DNA of 64,000 nucleotides from Thermoplasmatota archaeon (GCA_040751795.1 JBFMHR010000002.1:320001-384000); one strand, 5' to 3'. Positions 26,974-36,582 are shown, numbered from the stretch's first letter. The notes: generated by a model not told the origin, from the letters alone. Translations and numbers: made by a program.

Positions 26974-28887
26974 TCACTTCAGCCTGATCGTCTCGAGGTT
27001 CAGGGGCGCCCTGGTCTCGATGCCGAACTTCTTGTACAGCGTGCTGGCCAGCTCGCCGCACTTGTACTCCTCCCCGTGGCAGATGATGATCCTCTCCGGC
27101 CTCGGCTCCAGGGTGCTGACGTAGTTCACCAGCTGGCGCCTGTCGGAGTGCCCGGAGAAGCCGTCCACGGTCTCGATGTCCATCTTCATGTGGAGGGTGA
27201 TCGGCTTGCCCCTGTCGTTGATCGTGATGTCGGTCCAGCCCTTCTGGATCTTCCGGCCCATGGTCCCGTCCGCCTGGTACCCCACGAAGACGAGGGTGTT
27301 CAGGGGGTTGTCGCACCAGGCCTTGAAGTACTCCATGACCGGCCCGCCGTTCATCATGCCGCTCGTCGCCAGCACTATGCACGACTCGGGGTCGTGGCAT
27401 ATGCGCTCCCTCATGTCGGGGCTGTCGACGCGCTTGAAGACGTCGGACAGGAACGGGTTCTCGCCCATCTGGAAGATCTGCGTCCTGAGCTGGCTGTTGA
27501 GGTACTCGGGATAGGCCGTGTGTATGGCCGTCGCCTCGAATATCATGCCGTCCAGGTAGATCGGGACCTTGGGGATCTGGTGGTTCCTCATGAGCTCCTC
27601 GAGGACCAGCATGACCTCCTGCGACCTGCCGACCGCGAACACGGGCAGCAGGATCTTGCCCCCCCTCTGCAGGGTCGCGCGCGCGATCTCCCTGATCTGG
27701 TTGCCGGCGTCCTGCCTGCTGGGCTGCATGTCGTGGTAGCCGCCGTAGGTCGACTCTATGACGAGCGTCTCGAGCCTCGGGAACTTGTTCACCGAGGCGT
27801 TGAAGAGCCAGGACTTCTCGAACTTCATGTCGCCGCTGAAGGCGATGTTATAAAGCCCGTCGCCGACGTGGAAGTGGGCTATGGACGAGCCGAGGATGTG
27901 CCCGGCGTTCTGGAGCGTGAGCCTCACGTCGGGGGATATGTCCGTGGTCTCGCCGTACTTCAGGGGTATGCAGTGCATGACCACGTCCCTGATGTGCGAC
28001 GACTCGTACGGCGCCTTCTTCCCCTCGCCAACGGCGACCTTGATAAAGTCCAGCTGGAGCAGCGACATCAGGTCCCTCGTGGGCGGGGTGCAGTACACGG
28101 GCCCCTCGTAGCCGTACTTGTACAGCACGGGCAGCAGGCCGCAGTGGTCCAGGTGCGCGTGCGTGATGACGATGGCGTCGAGCGACTCCAGGGGCATCAG
28201 CTCGGGGGCGCTGAGGTAGGGCGTCGAGCCGTTGTCGTCGGCCGAGACGGCCACGCCGCAGTCGATGAGGACCTTGCTCTCCCTGGTCGTGAGGAGCGAC
28301 GCGCTCCTCCCGACCTCGCGGTACCCGCCGAGGGCTGTGACCCTGAGCCATGTCTCCTCGTTCAGGCGCTGGCGCATGAGCCTCCTGCCGACCTTCCGCA
28401 GGAACTCCTTCCTGTCCTCCTGGACCTTCCTGAGGTAGTTCCTGATCTCGCTCACGGTCTTGGAGGGTATCGGGGGAGCGCGCACGACCTTGGCCGCCCA
28501 GCCGATCTCCTTCTTGATCTCGTTCAGGATGGCGCCGTGCTTGCCTATCACGAGGCCGGGGGATATCGCTTCTATGGTGACCTCCCCCGTGTCGTCCTCG
28601 AAGTAGATGTTGGTGATCTTGGCCTCCTCGGGGATGATCTTCCTGATCTTCTCCTCGGCGCTCTCCGGGCTGGCCAGGGTGCTGGGGTCGGGCCTTATGG
28701 CGACCCTCCTCCTCAGCGTCTGGGCCAGCTGCCTCACGAGGTCGTTGTTGGTGGAGAACTCCTCGAGGTTCTTGGTGTAGATGACTATCACTGGACCCTC
28801 GAAGTCGATGTCCGTGACCTCGATGTGGGTGGGCAGGGTCTTCTTGACCGCCTCCCTCGCGTCTTCTAGAACCTTCTCTATGCCCAT
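26974..28887 (-). CDS. fttA: beta-CASP ribonuclease aCPSF1 / transcription termination factor FttA
   Basis: KH-like N-terminus, LGGYREVGRS, THAHLDH, FSGHSDR. Adjacent to psmB as is typical. Confidence 0.95.
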   Translation of the reverse strand: MGIEKVLEDAREAVKKTLPTHIEVTDIDFEGPVIVIYTKNLEEFSTNNDLVRQLAQTLRRRVAIRPDPSTLASPESAEEKIRKIIPEEAKITNIYFEDDTGEVTIEAISPGLVIGKHGAILNEIKKEIGWAAKVVRAPPIPSKTVSEIRNYLRKVQEDRKEFLRKVGRRLMRQRLNEETWLRVTALGGYREVGRSASLLTTRESKVLIDCGVAVSADDNGSTPYLSAPELMPLESLDAIVITHAHLDHCGLLPVLYKYGYEGPVYCTPPTRDLMSLLQLDFIKVAVGEGKKAPYESSHIRDVVMHCIPLKYGETTDISPDVRLTLQNAGHILGSSIAHFHVGDGLYNIAFSGDMKFEKSWLFNASVNKFPRLETLVIESTYGGYHDMQPSRQDAGNQIREIARATLQRGGKILLPVFAVGRSQEVMLVLEELMRNHQIPKVPIYLDGMIFEATAIHTAYPEYLNSQLRTQIFQMGENPFLSDVFKRVDSPDMRERICHDPESCIVLATSGMMNGGPVMEYFKAWCDNPLNTLVFVGYQADGTMGRKIQKGWTDITINDRGKPITLHMKMDIETVDGFSGHSDRRQLVNYVSTLEPRPERIIICHGEEYKCGELASTLYKKFGIETRAPLNLETIRLK

Positions 28888-28944
28888 CTGTTCTCACTCA
28901 GCTTGAACGTGAACGATCCCCGTACGGTGTGGCCCGGGGTGCCC

Positions 28945-29583
28945 TCAGTTGAGTTTCATCTTAGCCAGGCGCTTCTGGACTTCCTTGTCGTCCAGGGGCG
29001 TGAAGCCCTCCGGCGTGATGGTGGCGACGGTGTAGCCGTCGCCGGAGGCCGAGTCGCGCCTCATGGCGGCGTGCAGCGACCTGATGGCCAGGTCGACGCC
29101 GTCGTTGACAGTGAGGTCCTTCTGGTAGTGGTCCTCGAGGACGCCGTACACGTACGGCGAGCCGGAGCCGGTGGTGACGTAGTCGTCGGGGATGGCCCCT
29201 CCGACCATGTCCAGGGCGTAGACGTGGCCGCCGTCCTTGTCCACGCCGCCGAGTATGAGGCCCACCCAGTACGGGTAGAACCTGCTGCCCGCGAGTATGT
29301 TGGAGGTCAGGGTCGCGCCGGACTTGACCGTCATCGGCTGGCCCCTCTTGAGCTTGTAGAGCTCCACCTCCGCGGTGATGTACCGCGCGAGGGTCTGGGC
29401 GTCGCCGACTACCCCCGCGACCGCGAGCCCCATGTTGTCGTCGATCTTGAAAAGCTTCTGCGTGGTCTTGTGGGCTATGAGCGTGCCCATCGTGGCCCTC
29501 TTCTCAGTGGCCATGACCACTCCGTCCTTGCAGACGAGGCCTATTGTGGTCGTGCCCTTCTTGACATCTTCAGTGCTTGTCAT
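28945..29583 (-). CDS. psmB: Proteasome beta subunit
   Basis: Propeptide then KKG/TTT, TGSGS, RDSASG. Confidence 0.96.
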   Translation of the reverse strand: MTSTEDVKKGTTTIGLVCKDGVVMATEKRATMGTLIAHKTTQKLFKIDDNMGLAVAGVVGDAQTLARYITAEVELYKLKRGQPMTVKSGATLTSNILAGSRFYPYWVGLILGGVDKDGGHVYALDMVGGAIPDDYVTTGSGSPYVYGVLEDHYQKDLTVNDGVDLAIRSLHAAMRRDSASGDGYTVATITPEGFTPLDDKEVQKRLAKMKLN

Positions 29584-29742
29584 GGATTAACACCACTGCG
29601 AAAATCGGTGTGTTAAAAGCCGTTTTAGAACGCATGACGGTGGCAGTATATAATTGTTTTTCAGGATTGCGAGCTGGCGCCCCTGCCAGGCTCCCATCAG
29701 CCAGGGGCAACGTTTAAGGCCGATGGGGGAGAATAGTATCCC

Positions 29743-29860
29743 TGAGATGGGTAGCCTGTAAGTCCCTTCCTTGGTTGCACGCGACCCTTGTGGACACCGT
29801 GCTCCTAGAACTGGATTCGGAAGGGCCTGGCGTCAGGAAACCGATTGCCTGCCCATCTCA
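29743..29860 (+). ncRNA. Candidate ~118-nt structured non-coding RNA of unknown family
   Basis: 12-bp terminal stem TGAGATGGGTAG/CTGCCCATCTCA, inner stems CCCTTCC/GGAAGGG and GCACG/CGTGC, TTTAAG box at 29713-29718, pyrimidine run after the 3' end. Confidence 0.6.
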
Positions 29861-29920
29861 CCCTTCTTCGTCGCTAGACTTAATACCTGAACGGTCGATA
29901 GGCACAGCAGAGGCCCCCCG

Positions 29921-30277
29921 ATGAGGATACTGGTGGTGGACGACTCCGAGGCCTTCAGGAGGGTCATGACGGAGCTGCTCATGAAGGCGGGCTACGGCGA
30001 CGTCAGGGGCGCCGGAGGGTACGAGGAGGCCCTGGCCGCATACGCGGAGGCCCGCCCGGACATCGTCTTCGTCGACATGGTCCTGCCCGGCCGCTCCGGC
30101 GTGGACCTCACGAAGGCGATACTGGGAGCCGACCCGAAGGCCAGGATCATCGCCATGAGCTCGATAGTGAACAAGTCGATGATCAAGGAGAGCCTCGAGG
30201 CGGGCGCCAAGGACTTCATCCTGAAGCCGACGAACGCCATGGCCCTCGGCTCGATCCTGTCCATGTGGGGTGGTTAG
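29921..30277 (+). CDS. Stand-alone CheY-like receiver domain protein
   Basis: ILVVDDS, phospho-acceptor IVFVDMVLP, AMSS, FILKP. Confidence 0.92.
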   Translation: MRILVVDDSEAFRRVMTELLMKAGYGDVRGAGGYEEALAAYAEARPDIVFVDMVLPGRSGVDLTKAILGADPKARIIAMSSIVNKSMIKESLEAGAKDFILKPTNAMALGSILSMWGG

Positions 30278-30835
30278 ACGAGCCTGTTCCACTTCAAGAA
30301 GGGCAAGGACGCCAGGGCCGTCAAGGTGGCGGGCCCGGACGCCGCCCGCAGGTACGACCTCCGTCCGGGCAGGTGCTACGTGGTCGAGGAGGCGCCCCCG
30401 TCGGTGAGCTTCGACGCCTTCGCCAGCCTCGTGTCGGCCCCCGGCGGCGGGGCCGCGGGGATGGCCGTCACCAGGCAGCACCCCGACCTCGTCAGGCAGA
30501 GGTACGGCCTGGAGAGGACCCCGGTCTACTGGCTCGCCACGCGCGCGGGCGAGGGCGTCATATCCCCCACCAACCTCGGCATATTGACCCAGACGCTGGT
30601 GAAGTTCATCGGGGATAACGACGACGGCGTCATACTCCTGGACGGGCTCGAGTACCTCGTCTCCAACAACGACTTCGGGAAGGTCCTCAAGGTCGTGGAC
30701 CAGGTCCACGACCACATATCTCAGAGCGGCTCGAGGCTCATCCTCCCAGTCGACCCGAGGGCCTTCGAGCCCAGGGAGCTCGCCCTCCTCGAGAGGAACA
30801 TGGACAGGATAGCCGGGGCGACGGACGAGGGCTGA
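30278..30835 (+). CDS. DUF835 (inactivated KaiC-like) domain protein, start uncertain
   Basis: VTRQHPD, WLA..ISPTNL, ILLDGLEYLVSNNDF. The frame is open from ACG 30278; the first canonical start is GTG 30326. Confidence 0.8.
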   Translation, partial: TSLFHFKKGKDARAVKVAGPDAARRYDLRPGRCYVVEEAPPSVSFDAFASLVSAPGGGAAGMAVTRQHPDLVRQRYGLERTPVYWLATRAGEGVISPTNLGILTQTLVKFIGDNDDGVILLDGLEYLVSNNDFGKVLKVVDQVHDHISQSGSRLILPVDPRAFEPRELALLERNMDRIAGATDEG

Positions 30836-30840
30836 GGCCC

Positions 30841-32577
30841 TCAGGCGGCGAACAGCGCCGTGGACACGAACACGCCCTGCGACACCATCACGCATGCGCC
30901 GGTGGACCTCTCCAGGTCGCGCCGGTCCCCGCCACCCTCTATGCCCCACACGAAGTAGCACACGGCCGCGTTCATCTCCGCCAGGAAGAGCCCCAGGGTC
31001 AGGAGCATCGCCCCCGCGGCCGCCGAGCCGTCCCCGCCCGCCACCGAGGCCAGCGACACGAACACGCCGAACGTGACCCCGAGCACCAGCGGGCCGAGGA
31101 AGTGCGCCGTCATCCTCATCATGGATATCGTCGGCCTGAGCCTCATCTTCAGCGCGGCCTCGATCTCCGACAGCTCCCTGAGGTACGAGGCGATGTCCAT
31201 CGCGAGCATCCCCGCCCCGGCCTCGTCCTTCGCGGACGCCCTGGCCACCACCTTCAGCGCCTCCGAGGGGTTGGAGCGCGCCCCCCGCGCCTCCGAGTCG
31301 ACGGCCCTGTCGAGCCCCTGGCCCATGACGAAGGCCCTCAGGCACAGCCTCCTCCCCAGGGGGCGCCCCGCGGCGCCCTCCGAGGCCTCGTCGAGGGCGG
31401 ACTCGAAGTTGTCCCCTTCCAGCATCCGCGCCCCGGCCCTGAAGAGGAGGTCCTGGACCTCATCGTCCACGGAGGCGGCCCGTGCCCCGCGCCGTCTGCC
31501 CGAGGCGACGAGGACGGCGGACGCCGGCAGGGTCCCGGCGAGCAGCACCAGCGGCGCGTGGTCCCCCGGCCCGAGGAGCCAGTAGGCGGAGGCCGAGCAG
31601 GCGGCGCCCAAGGCGATGGCGGCGGCCCAGCCGCCCACGCCCCGCCCGCTGGCGTCCCGCGGCCCGTCGACGGGCCTCCGCGACACCGCGTCCATCGCGA
31701 CCAGCAGCGCCACGGCCGGGAACATCAGGTCCATCACGACGGCGGTCTCGAACGCCATGCCTCCGCCGGCCGTGGGGCCCCGGTCGGGCGCGGCCCCGGA
31801 CCAGATGTCCCACGAGAGCATGGGCATGAACGAGCCCACCATGATGGGGAGGAGGATGCCCAGGGCGAACAGGAGCATGCTGGGCGTGGAGAGGGAGAGG
31901 GCGTACTCCTCCACCCTCCTCTTGGCCCCGGCGACCATGGCCCTGTTGGCCCTCTCAAGCGCCCTCCGCTTCCCCTCGTCGGTCGCCTCCTTGGAGGCGA
32001 CCACTATCGCGTTCAGGGAGGTCTTGAGCTCGGAGCTGAACCTCTCCCAGCGGCCCCCGAGGGCGTGGAGCGCCTCCTCGAAGCCCGTGTGGGTGCCGGT
32101 GACGACCTCCCACATGCACCTCCTCAGCTCCGCGGCGAAGGCCGAGCCCCCTCCGCTCGCGAACATGATGCTCCTGGGCAGCGAGGCGTCCTGCCTGACG
32201 CCCATGACCATGAGGTTGACCGCGTCCGCGGCCCCCCTCATGACCTCGGACGCCCGGCGCCTGGCCGCGGAGGACGGGTACGACACGAAGTAGAGGTAGC
32301 AGAGCGCTGGGAGAGCGGCGCAGAGGAGGAGGGCGGAGAGCTGCGAGGGCCGGTCAAGGAAGACGAGGGACACGGCCAGCGCGGCCGAGGACGCCGCGGC
32401 GCCCATGGCCGCGGCCCCCTTCGCGCCTGCCACGACCGCCTCCGGGCTGCACGGGACGCCCCCCGCGTCGAGGTCGGCCGAGATCGCGTCCAAGCGGGCA
32501 CGGGCGTCCGGGCCGCGCCTCGCCCTGGCCGCCTCCTTCGCCGCGCTCACGCCGAAGGGCCCCCCGGCCCTCGCCAT
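30841..32577 (-). CDS. Type IV pilus/T2SS membrane platform protein (TadC/ArlJ-like)
   Basis: Two cytoplasmic helical domains each followed by TM segments (LFALGILLPIMVGS). Directly downstream of the secretion ATPase. Confidence 0.75.
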   Translation of the reverse strand: MARAGGPFGVSAAKEAARARRGPDARARLDAISADLDAGGVPCSPEAVVAGAKGAAAMGAAASSAALAVSLVFLDRPSQLSALLLCAALPALCYLYFVSYPSSAARRRASEVMRGAADAVNLMVMGVRQDASLPRSIMFASGGGSAFAAELRRCMWEVVTGTHTGFEEALHALGGRWERFSSELKTSLNAIVVASKEATDEGKRRALERANRAMVAGAKRRVEEYALSLSTPSMLLFALGILLPIMVGSFMPMLSWDIWSGAAPDRGPTAGGGMAFETAVVMDLMFPAVALLVAMDAVSRRPVDGPRDASGRGVGGWAAAIALGAACSASAYWLLGPGDHAPLVLLAGTLPASAVLVASGRRRGARAASVDDEVQDLLFRAGARMLEGDNFESALDEASEGAAGRPLGRRLCLRAFVMGQGLDRAVDSEARGARSNPSEALKVVARASAKDEAGAGMLAMDIASYLRELSEIEAALKMRLRPTISMMRMTAHFLGPLVLGVTFGVFVSLASVAGGDGSAAAGAMLLTLGLFLAEMNAAVCYFVWGIEGGGDRRDLERSTGACVMVSQGVFVSTALFAA

Positions 32578-32614
32578 CGCCGCGCAGGCCCTCGCGTACC
32601 CCCTGTGGCGCGCC

Positions 32615-34357
32615 TCAGGTCCCCTTCGTCCTCCCGTCGTACCACGCCTCCCACGCCTTCAGCGCCTCGTCCGGCCCGTCCGGGGAGAAGAGGCACTTGA
32701 CGAGCATCTCGTTCGAGGCCACGCGCAGCGCGTCGCCCGCGCCCGGAGCGCGCGCGTCCGCGCCCGCGTCGGCGGCCATCCTCTGGTCGCTGTGCGCCCT
32801 CCTCCTGACGATATCGAGCACGTGCTCGGGCGAGGTGCCCAGCGCCCCGGCGATCCCCTGGACCGTCTTGGACCCCGTGGAGAATGCCTCGGTGGGCTTG
32901 GCGCACCCGCACCCGGGCTGCATCGAGAAGAGGGGCACCAGGCGGGTCCCTCCCCCCTCGTGCCTGACCTCCGCGACCTCCACGACCTTCCTGTGGAACG
33001 CGGAGCCGTCGGGGGTCCTGATCAGGCCTATGACCACCACGATGTCGGTCGACGAGAACGCCCTCTCCGACACCCCGAGGTCCTCGACCGCCCTGTCGAG
33101 GACGCCCCTCGCGGAGTTGCCGTGGATGGTCCCGAGCACGGACGAGCCGGCGCTGCCGGCCCTCATGCTCTCGTAGAGGACCCTCGCCTCCGAGCCCCTC
33201 ACCTCGCCTATCACGATGGCGCTCTCGCCCATCCGGAGGGACACGCGCAGCGTGTCCTCCGCGGAGACCTCGTTGGGCCCCTCGCCCCCGCCGAACCGCA
33301 GCGTCTGCACGTCGTACCCGAGCTGGCGCATCCTCCTCACGGGTATCTCGGGGGTGTCCTCAATGAGGAGGACCCTCTGCGTGAGGGGGAACTCGAGCAT
33401 CATGGCTCCCAGGAGCGTCGTCTTGCCCGCCCCCCTGGAGCCCGCTATGAGGACCGCCCTCCTCCCAAGCACGCACGCCCACAGGAAGCTCGCGAGCAGG
33501 GGGGACACCGAGTCCTTGGCTATCAGCGCGGGGAGGGTGAGCACGCTGGTGGAGTGCTTCCTGATCGCGAGGGAGACGCCCCTCTCGCTTATCGGGGGCC
33601 CGACCAGGGTCACCCTGCACCCGAGCCTCGGGATGTCGGCCTCGAGCACGGGGCGGGCCTCCGAGAAGGGCATGCCCGTCTCGAGCTTGATGCGCGACAC
33701 GAGCCCCTGGAGGTCGTCCATCCCCACGAAGACGTTCGTCCGACACTTCTGTCCGACGCCCCTCAGAGCATCCGACCTGAGGACCACGAAGGCGGGCGTC
33801 TGGCTGGAGGGGGCGTTGACGTAGATGTCCTGCACCGCGCGGTCCTCGAACAGGGTCTCGAGGACCCCGTAGCCTGCGGTGTACTTCGAGGCGAGCTCGG
33901 CGAGCCTGTCGACCTCGGCGGCGAGGGCGCGGCCCTTCCGGCCCTCGCCCATCCTCGCGAGCCTCTCGTGGACCATGTCCTTCGCCCGGGCCTTGATGAA
34001 CGGCCTGAGCGCGGCCATCGAGGAGAGGTCCAGGTCAGGGGGCGGGGAGGCGGTGATCTCGTCTATCACCTCGGCGACGACCTTGACGAGGGCGGGGCTC
34101 AGCTCGTACTCCGGCGGCCGGACCTCGTAGACGGCGCTGGTCTCCCCGGCCACGGACGATATCACCACCGGCACCCCGTTGACCGAGTAGGATGCCAGGT
34201 CGGCCCCGCGCGCCGCGCCCCGCTCCAGCCAGGTGGAAGTGAAGCAGGGCCTCCTGTCGTCCCCGCCGGCCGTCGCCGGCGCCCCCAGCTCCAGGAGCAC
34301 GGGCTGGGCCGGGCCGTCGGATGACACTATCCTCGGAGGCCTGCCGGCGGGGGGCAC
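32615..34357 (-). CDS. Type II/IV secretion system (VirB11/ArlI-like) ATPase
   Basis: QDIYVN, AIRKH, Walker A GSRGAGKTT, IEDTPE, LRMGESAIVIGEVRG, GTIHG. Confidence 0.92.
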   Translation of the reverse strand: MPPAGRPPRIVSSDGPAQPVLLELGAPATAGGDDRRPCFTSTWLERGAARGADLASYSVNGVPVVISSVAGETSAVYEVRPPEYELSPALVKVVAEVIDEITASPPPDLDLSSMAALRPFIKARAKDMVHERLARMGEGRKGRALAAEVDRLAELASKYTAGYGVLETLFEDRAVQDIYVNAPSSQTPAFVVLRSDALRGVGQKCRTNVFVGMDDLQGLVSRIKLETGMPFSEARPVLEADIPRLGCRVTLVGPPISERGVSLAIRKHSTSVLTLPALIAKDSVSPLLASFLWACVLGRRAVLIAGSRGAGKTTLLGAMMLEFPLTQRVLLIEDTPEIPVRRMRQLGYDVQTLRFGGGEGPNEVSAEDTLRVSLRMGESAIVIGEVRGSEARVLYESMRAGSAGSSVLGTIHGNSARGVLDRAVEDLGVSERAFSSTDIVVVIGLIRTPDGSAFHRKVVEVAEVRHEGGGTRLVPLFSMQPGCGCAKPTEAFSTGSKTVQGIAGALGTSPEHVLDIVRRRAHSDQRMAADAGADARAPGAGDALRVASNEMLVKCLFSPDGPDEALKAWEAWYDGRTKGT

Positions 34358-34894
34358 TCAGCCGCCCCCTTGGTCGGGCCGTCCCGCCAGCGCGACCGCC
34401 GACACGCAGCCCCGGAGGCGCGGGCACGCCACGGACGATAGCTCCCTCGCGAGCACATCGGACAGGGAGGCCCTCGACTCGGAGAAGGACACCGGGTCCG
34501 CCCTGACCCTGCGGACCAGCTCGGAGGCCAGCCTCACCCTGCTGGCGGGGCATGTCCGACACCTCTTGTCGGACGGTTCGCCCGGCCGCTCCCCGAGCCT
34601 CCTCAGCGCAGCGAGCGAGGCCGCCGCGGAGCGCAGCCCCCAGATCCTCTCGGACCTGTACCTCACGTCGATGTATCTGCGGAGCACGACCGCCTCCGGG
34701 ACCACCCCGGAGGCGAGGACGTTCACAATCCCCGCGGCGCACCTGGCGTTGTCTATGCTCTGGGCGCCGCTGCAGTCCCTGCAGTCGACCTCGAGGGTCA
34801 TCCCCTCGTCCTCGACGAACCTGTGGTCGCAAGTCCTGTCCGCGTCCAGGCACGGGACCAGCTTCTTCGAAGGCCTTCCCCTGGTCGGTGTCAT
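34358..34894 (-). CDS. Cys-rich protein upstream of the pilus ATPase
   Basis: DCRDC, CRTC and CPRLRGC motifs. Its stop abuts the ATPase start in frame. Confidence 0.65.
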   Translation of the reverse strand: MTPTRGRPSKKLVPCLDADRTCDHRFVEDEGMTLEVDCRDCSGAQSIDNARCAAGIVNVLASGVVPEAVVLRRYIDVRYRSERIWGLRSAAASLAALRRLGERPGEPSDKRCRTCPASRVRLASELVRRVRADPVSFSESRASLSDVLARELSSVACPRLRGCVSAVALAGRPDQGGG

Positions 34895-34993
34895 CGTGTC
34901 ATGGACCGGGGGCTCGGTTCTTCTACAGTGCGCGCGTCCGTAGGCTACATGTAGCCGGGGCGGAGAAGCCCGCCCCCTCTCCTCCTCGGCCCC

Positions 34994-35443
34994 ATGAAGC
35001 GGGACACGGAAGGCGTCGGCGGGTTCTTCGAGGACCTCCCGGTCCTCGCCTTCGTCCTGGCGGGCGTGCTCTCGGTCGCGGGGACCGCCGCCTGGACCGG
35101 TGAGGCGCTGTCCGATGGGGAAGGGCGGGAGACGCTCGAGTCGGCCGCCCGCCTCCTCGCGGCGTCGGTCGCGACCGAGCTCACCCGCGCGGGGGCGCTG
35201 CCGTCGGCGGACTCGGTCCGCGGGGCGAACCTCTCGGGCCCGGTCGGCGGGCTTGCGGAGGGAATGTGCGCCATCGTCTCCGTCTGGTGTCTCCACCCGG
35301 CGTCAGAGCTCCTGATCATTGTGGTCACCGCCGAGGGCGAACCGTCCGAGGCCTTCTCGGCGCGCGAGCTCCTGAACGTCCTGTGCGCGGGCGGCGTGGT
35401 CGGGATAGCGGAGGTGAGGGTCCTTGTGTGGGAGGCGCAGTAG
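34994..35443 (+). CDS. Putative minor pilin-like protein
   Basis: Class III signal peptide-like MKRDTEG/VGGFFED followed by a hydrophobic helix. Confidence 0.6.
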   Translation: MKRDTEGVGGFFEDLPVLAFVLAGVLSVAGTAAWTGEALSDGEGRETLESAARLLAASVATELTRAGALPSADSVRGANLSGPVGGLAEGMCAIVSVWCLHPASELLIIVVTAEGEPSEAFSARELLNVLCAGGVVGIAEVRVLVWEAQ

Positions 35444-35972
35444 GGACGACGGCGCCCAGCTGGCCCTGCTGGACGCGATGGTCTTCTTCGCCGTCTCCAC
35501 GGTCATCTGCGGCGTCATGACCTCGTACGCGGGGTCGCACGCTGACGGGCAGGGCGACGCCCTCCTGTCCTCGGCGGACCCCGACAGCCTGCTCTCCGTC
35601 TACCTGGAGGCGTCCCTCGGGGGAGCCTTCGTGGTCGACGCCCTCGGCCTCGAGCTGACGGGCCAGGAGAGGTTCGGGGAACTGCTGCTCCTCCTCGCGG
35701 GGATGGCGCTGGACGGCCGCCCCATGGAGCCGTACGGGCCGCTCCTCGCCCGGTGCGGCGAGGTGCTGGCGTCCACCTGCCTGCCTTGGTCGTCGTGCAT
35801 CTCCGTGTGCTGCGACGACGGCGCGCAGTGGGTCACGCTGATGGTCATGGGGCAGGAGCCGGACGGCCGGGCGGACGTCGCCTCGGCCTCCCAGAGCCTG
35901 GGCGTGCACGGGCAGGCCGCGCTCCGCGCGACGCTGGTCCTATCTCCACCCCTTCTTCCTCATCTGGGGTAG
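35424..35972 (+). CDS. Putative pilin-like protein
   Basis: RRSRDDGA/QLALLDAMVFF class III signal peptide-like N-terminus. Confidence 0.62.
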   Translation: MCGRRSRDDGAQLALLDAMVFFAVSTVICGVMTSYAGSHADGQGDALLSSADPDSLLSVYLEASLGGAFVVDALGLELTGQERFGELLLLLAGMALDGRPMEPYGPLLARCGEVLASTCLPWSSCISVCCDDGAQWVTLMVMGQEPDGRADVASASQSLGVHGQAALRATLVLSPPLLPHLG

Positions 35973-36281
35973 GTCCGACCTGGTGACCTTGATCTTCGCC
36001 CTGGCGTACCTCTCGCCCCTCATGAGCTCCTTGAACTGGACGACGCCCATGGAGACGGTGAAGACGAGCGCGGCGTAGATGTAGAGGTCTTCGTCCATCC
36101 TCGTGTAGAGGTACGCGAGCACGACCGCCACCGAGGCGAGCACATAGACGACGTATGTGAGCGGGCCCCGGGGGATGTCTATGACCTTCACGTCCCCGAG
36201 GCACCGGGAGCACCTGTCCCTCATGCTGTACCACGGCTTGACCCTGAGCTCCTTGCACTTCGGGCAGTAGAGGTACTTCAC
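35940..36281 (-). CDS. Small Zn-finger membrane protein
   Basis: CPKC..CSRC, then two TM helices and a basic tail. GTG start is inferred. Confidence 0.7.
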   Translation of the reverse strand: MKYLYCPKCKELRVKPWYSMRDRCSRCLGDVKVIDIPRGPLTYVVYVLASVAVVLAYLYTRMDEDLYIYAALVFTVSMGVVQFKELMRGERYARAKIKVTRSDLPQMRKKGWR

Positions 36282-36354
36282 GGCAGGGGAGAGAGCGGGG
36301 GAGGTATTTATTATGGTCTGGCAACGATGGAGGCAATGGGTCGGGATGTCCCGC

Positions 36355-36582
36355 ATGGCGCAGACAAAAGGGTCAGGGCGGAAGGGCGAGGAGAGCTACA
36401 CCAAGGACGAGCAGCGCTTCCTGGCCGGCCTGAGGCGGTCCGGCGGCCGGACGTGCCGGCGGTGCAAGTGGCTCTCGGTGCGCGGCCAGCAGAGGGGCTG
36501 CTTCCCCGAGGGCAATTATCGCAAGTTCCTGTCGGCCGACGAGTACGAGTCGGGGTGCGAGCTCTTCTCCCCGAGGACGTGA
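36355..36582 (+). CDS. Small Cys-containing hypothetical protein
   Basis: CRRC..GC..GC pattern and host-like codon usage. Confidence 0.55.
   Translation: MAQTKGSGRKGEESYTKDEQRFLAGLRRSGGRTCRRCKWLSVRGQQRGCFPEGNYRKFLSADEYESGCELFSPRT

Noticed and set aside
29743-29860. 5S rRNA, suggested by the ~120-nt length and terminal helix
   Set aside because: The conserved 5S loop sequences such as CCCGAAC in context are missing on both strands.
34355-34360. Selenocysteine readthrough of the TGA joining the Cys-rich ORF and the ATPase
   Set aside because: The context is a Gly/Pro linker with a G-rich SD-like run before GTG, and no SECIS was seen. Translational coupling is simpler.
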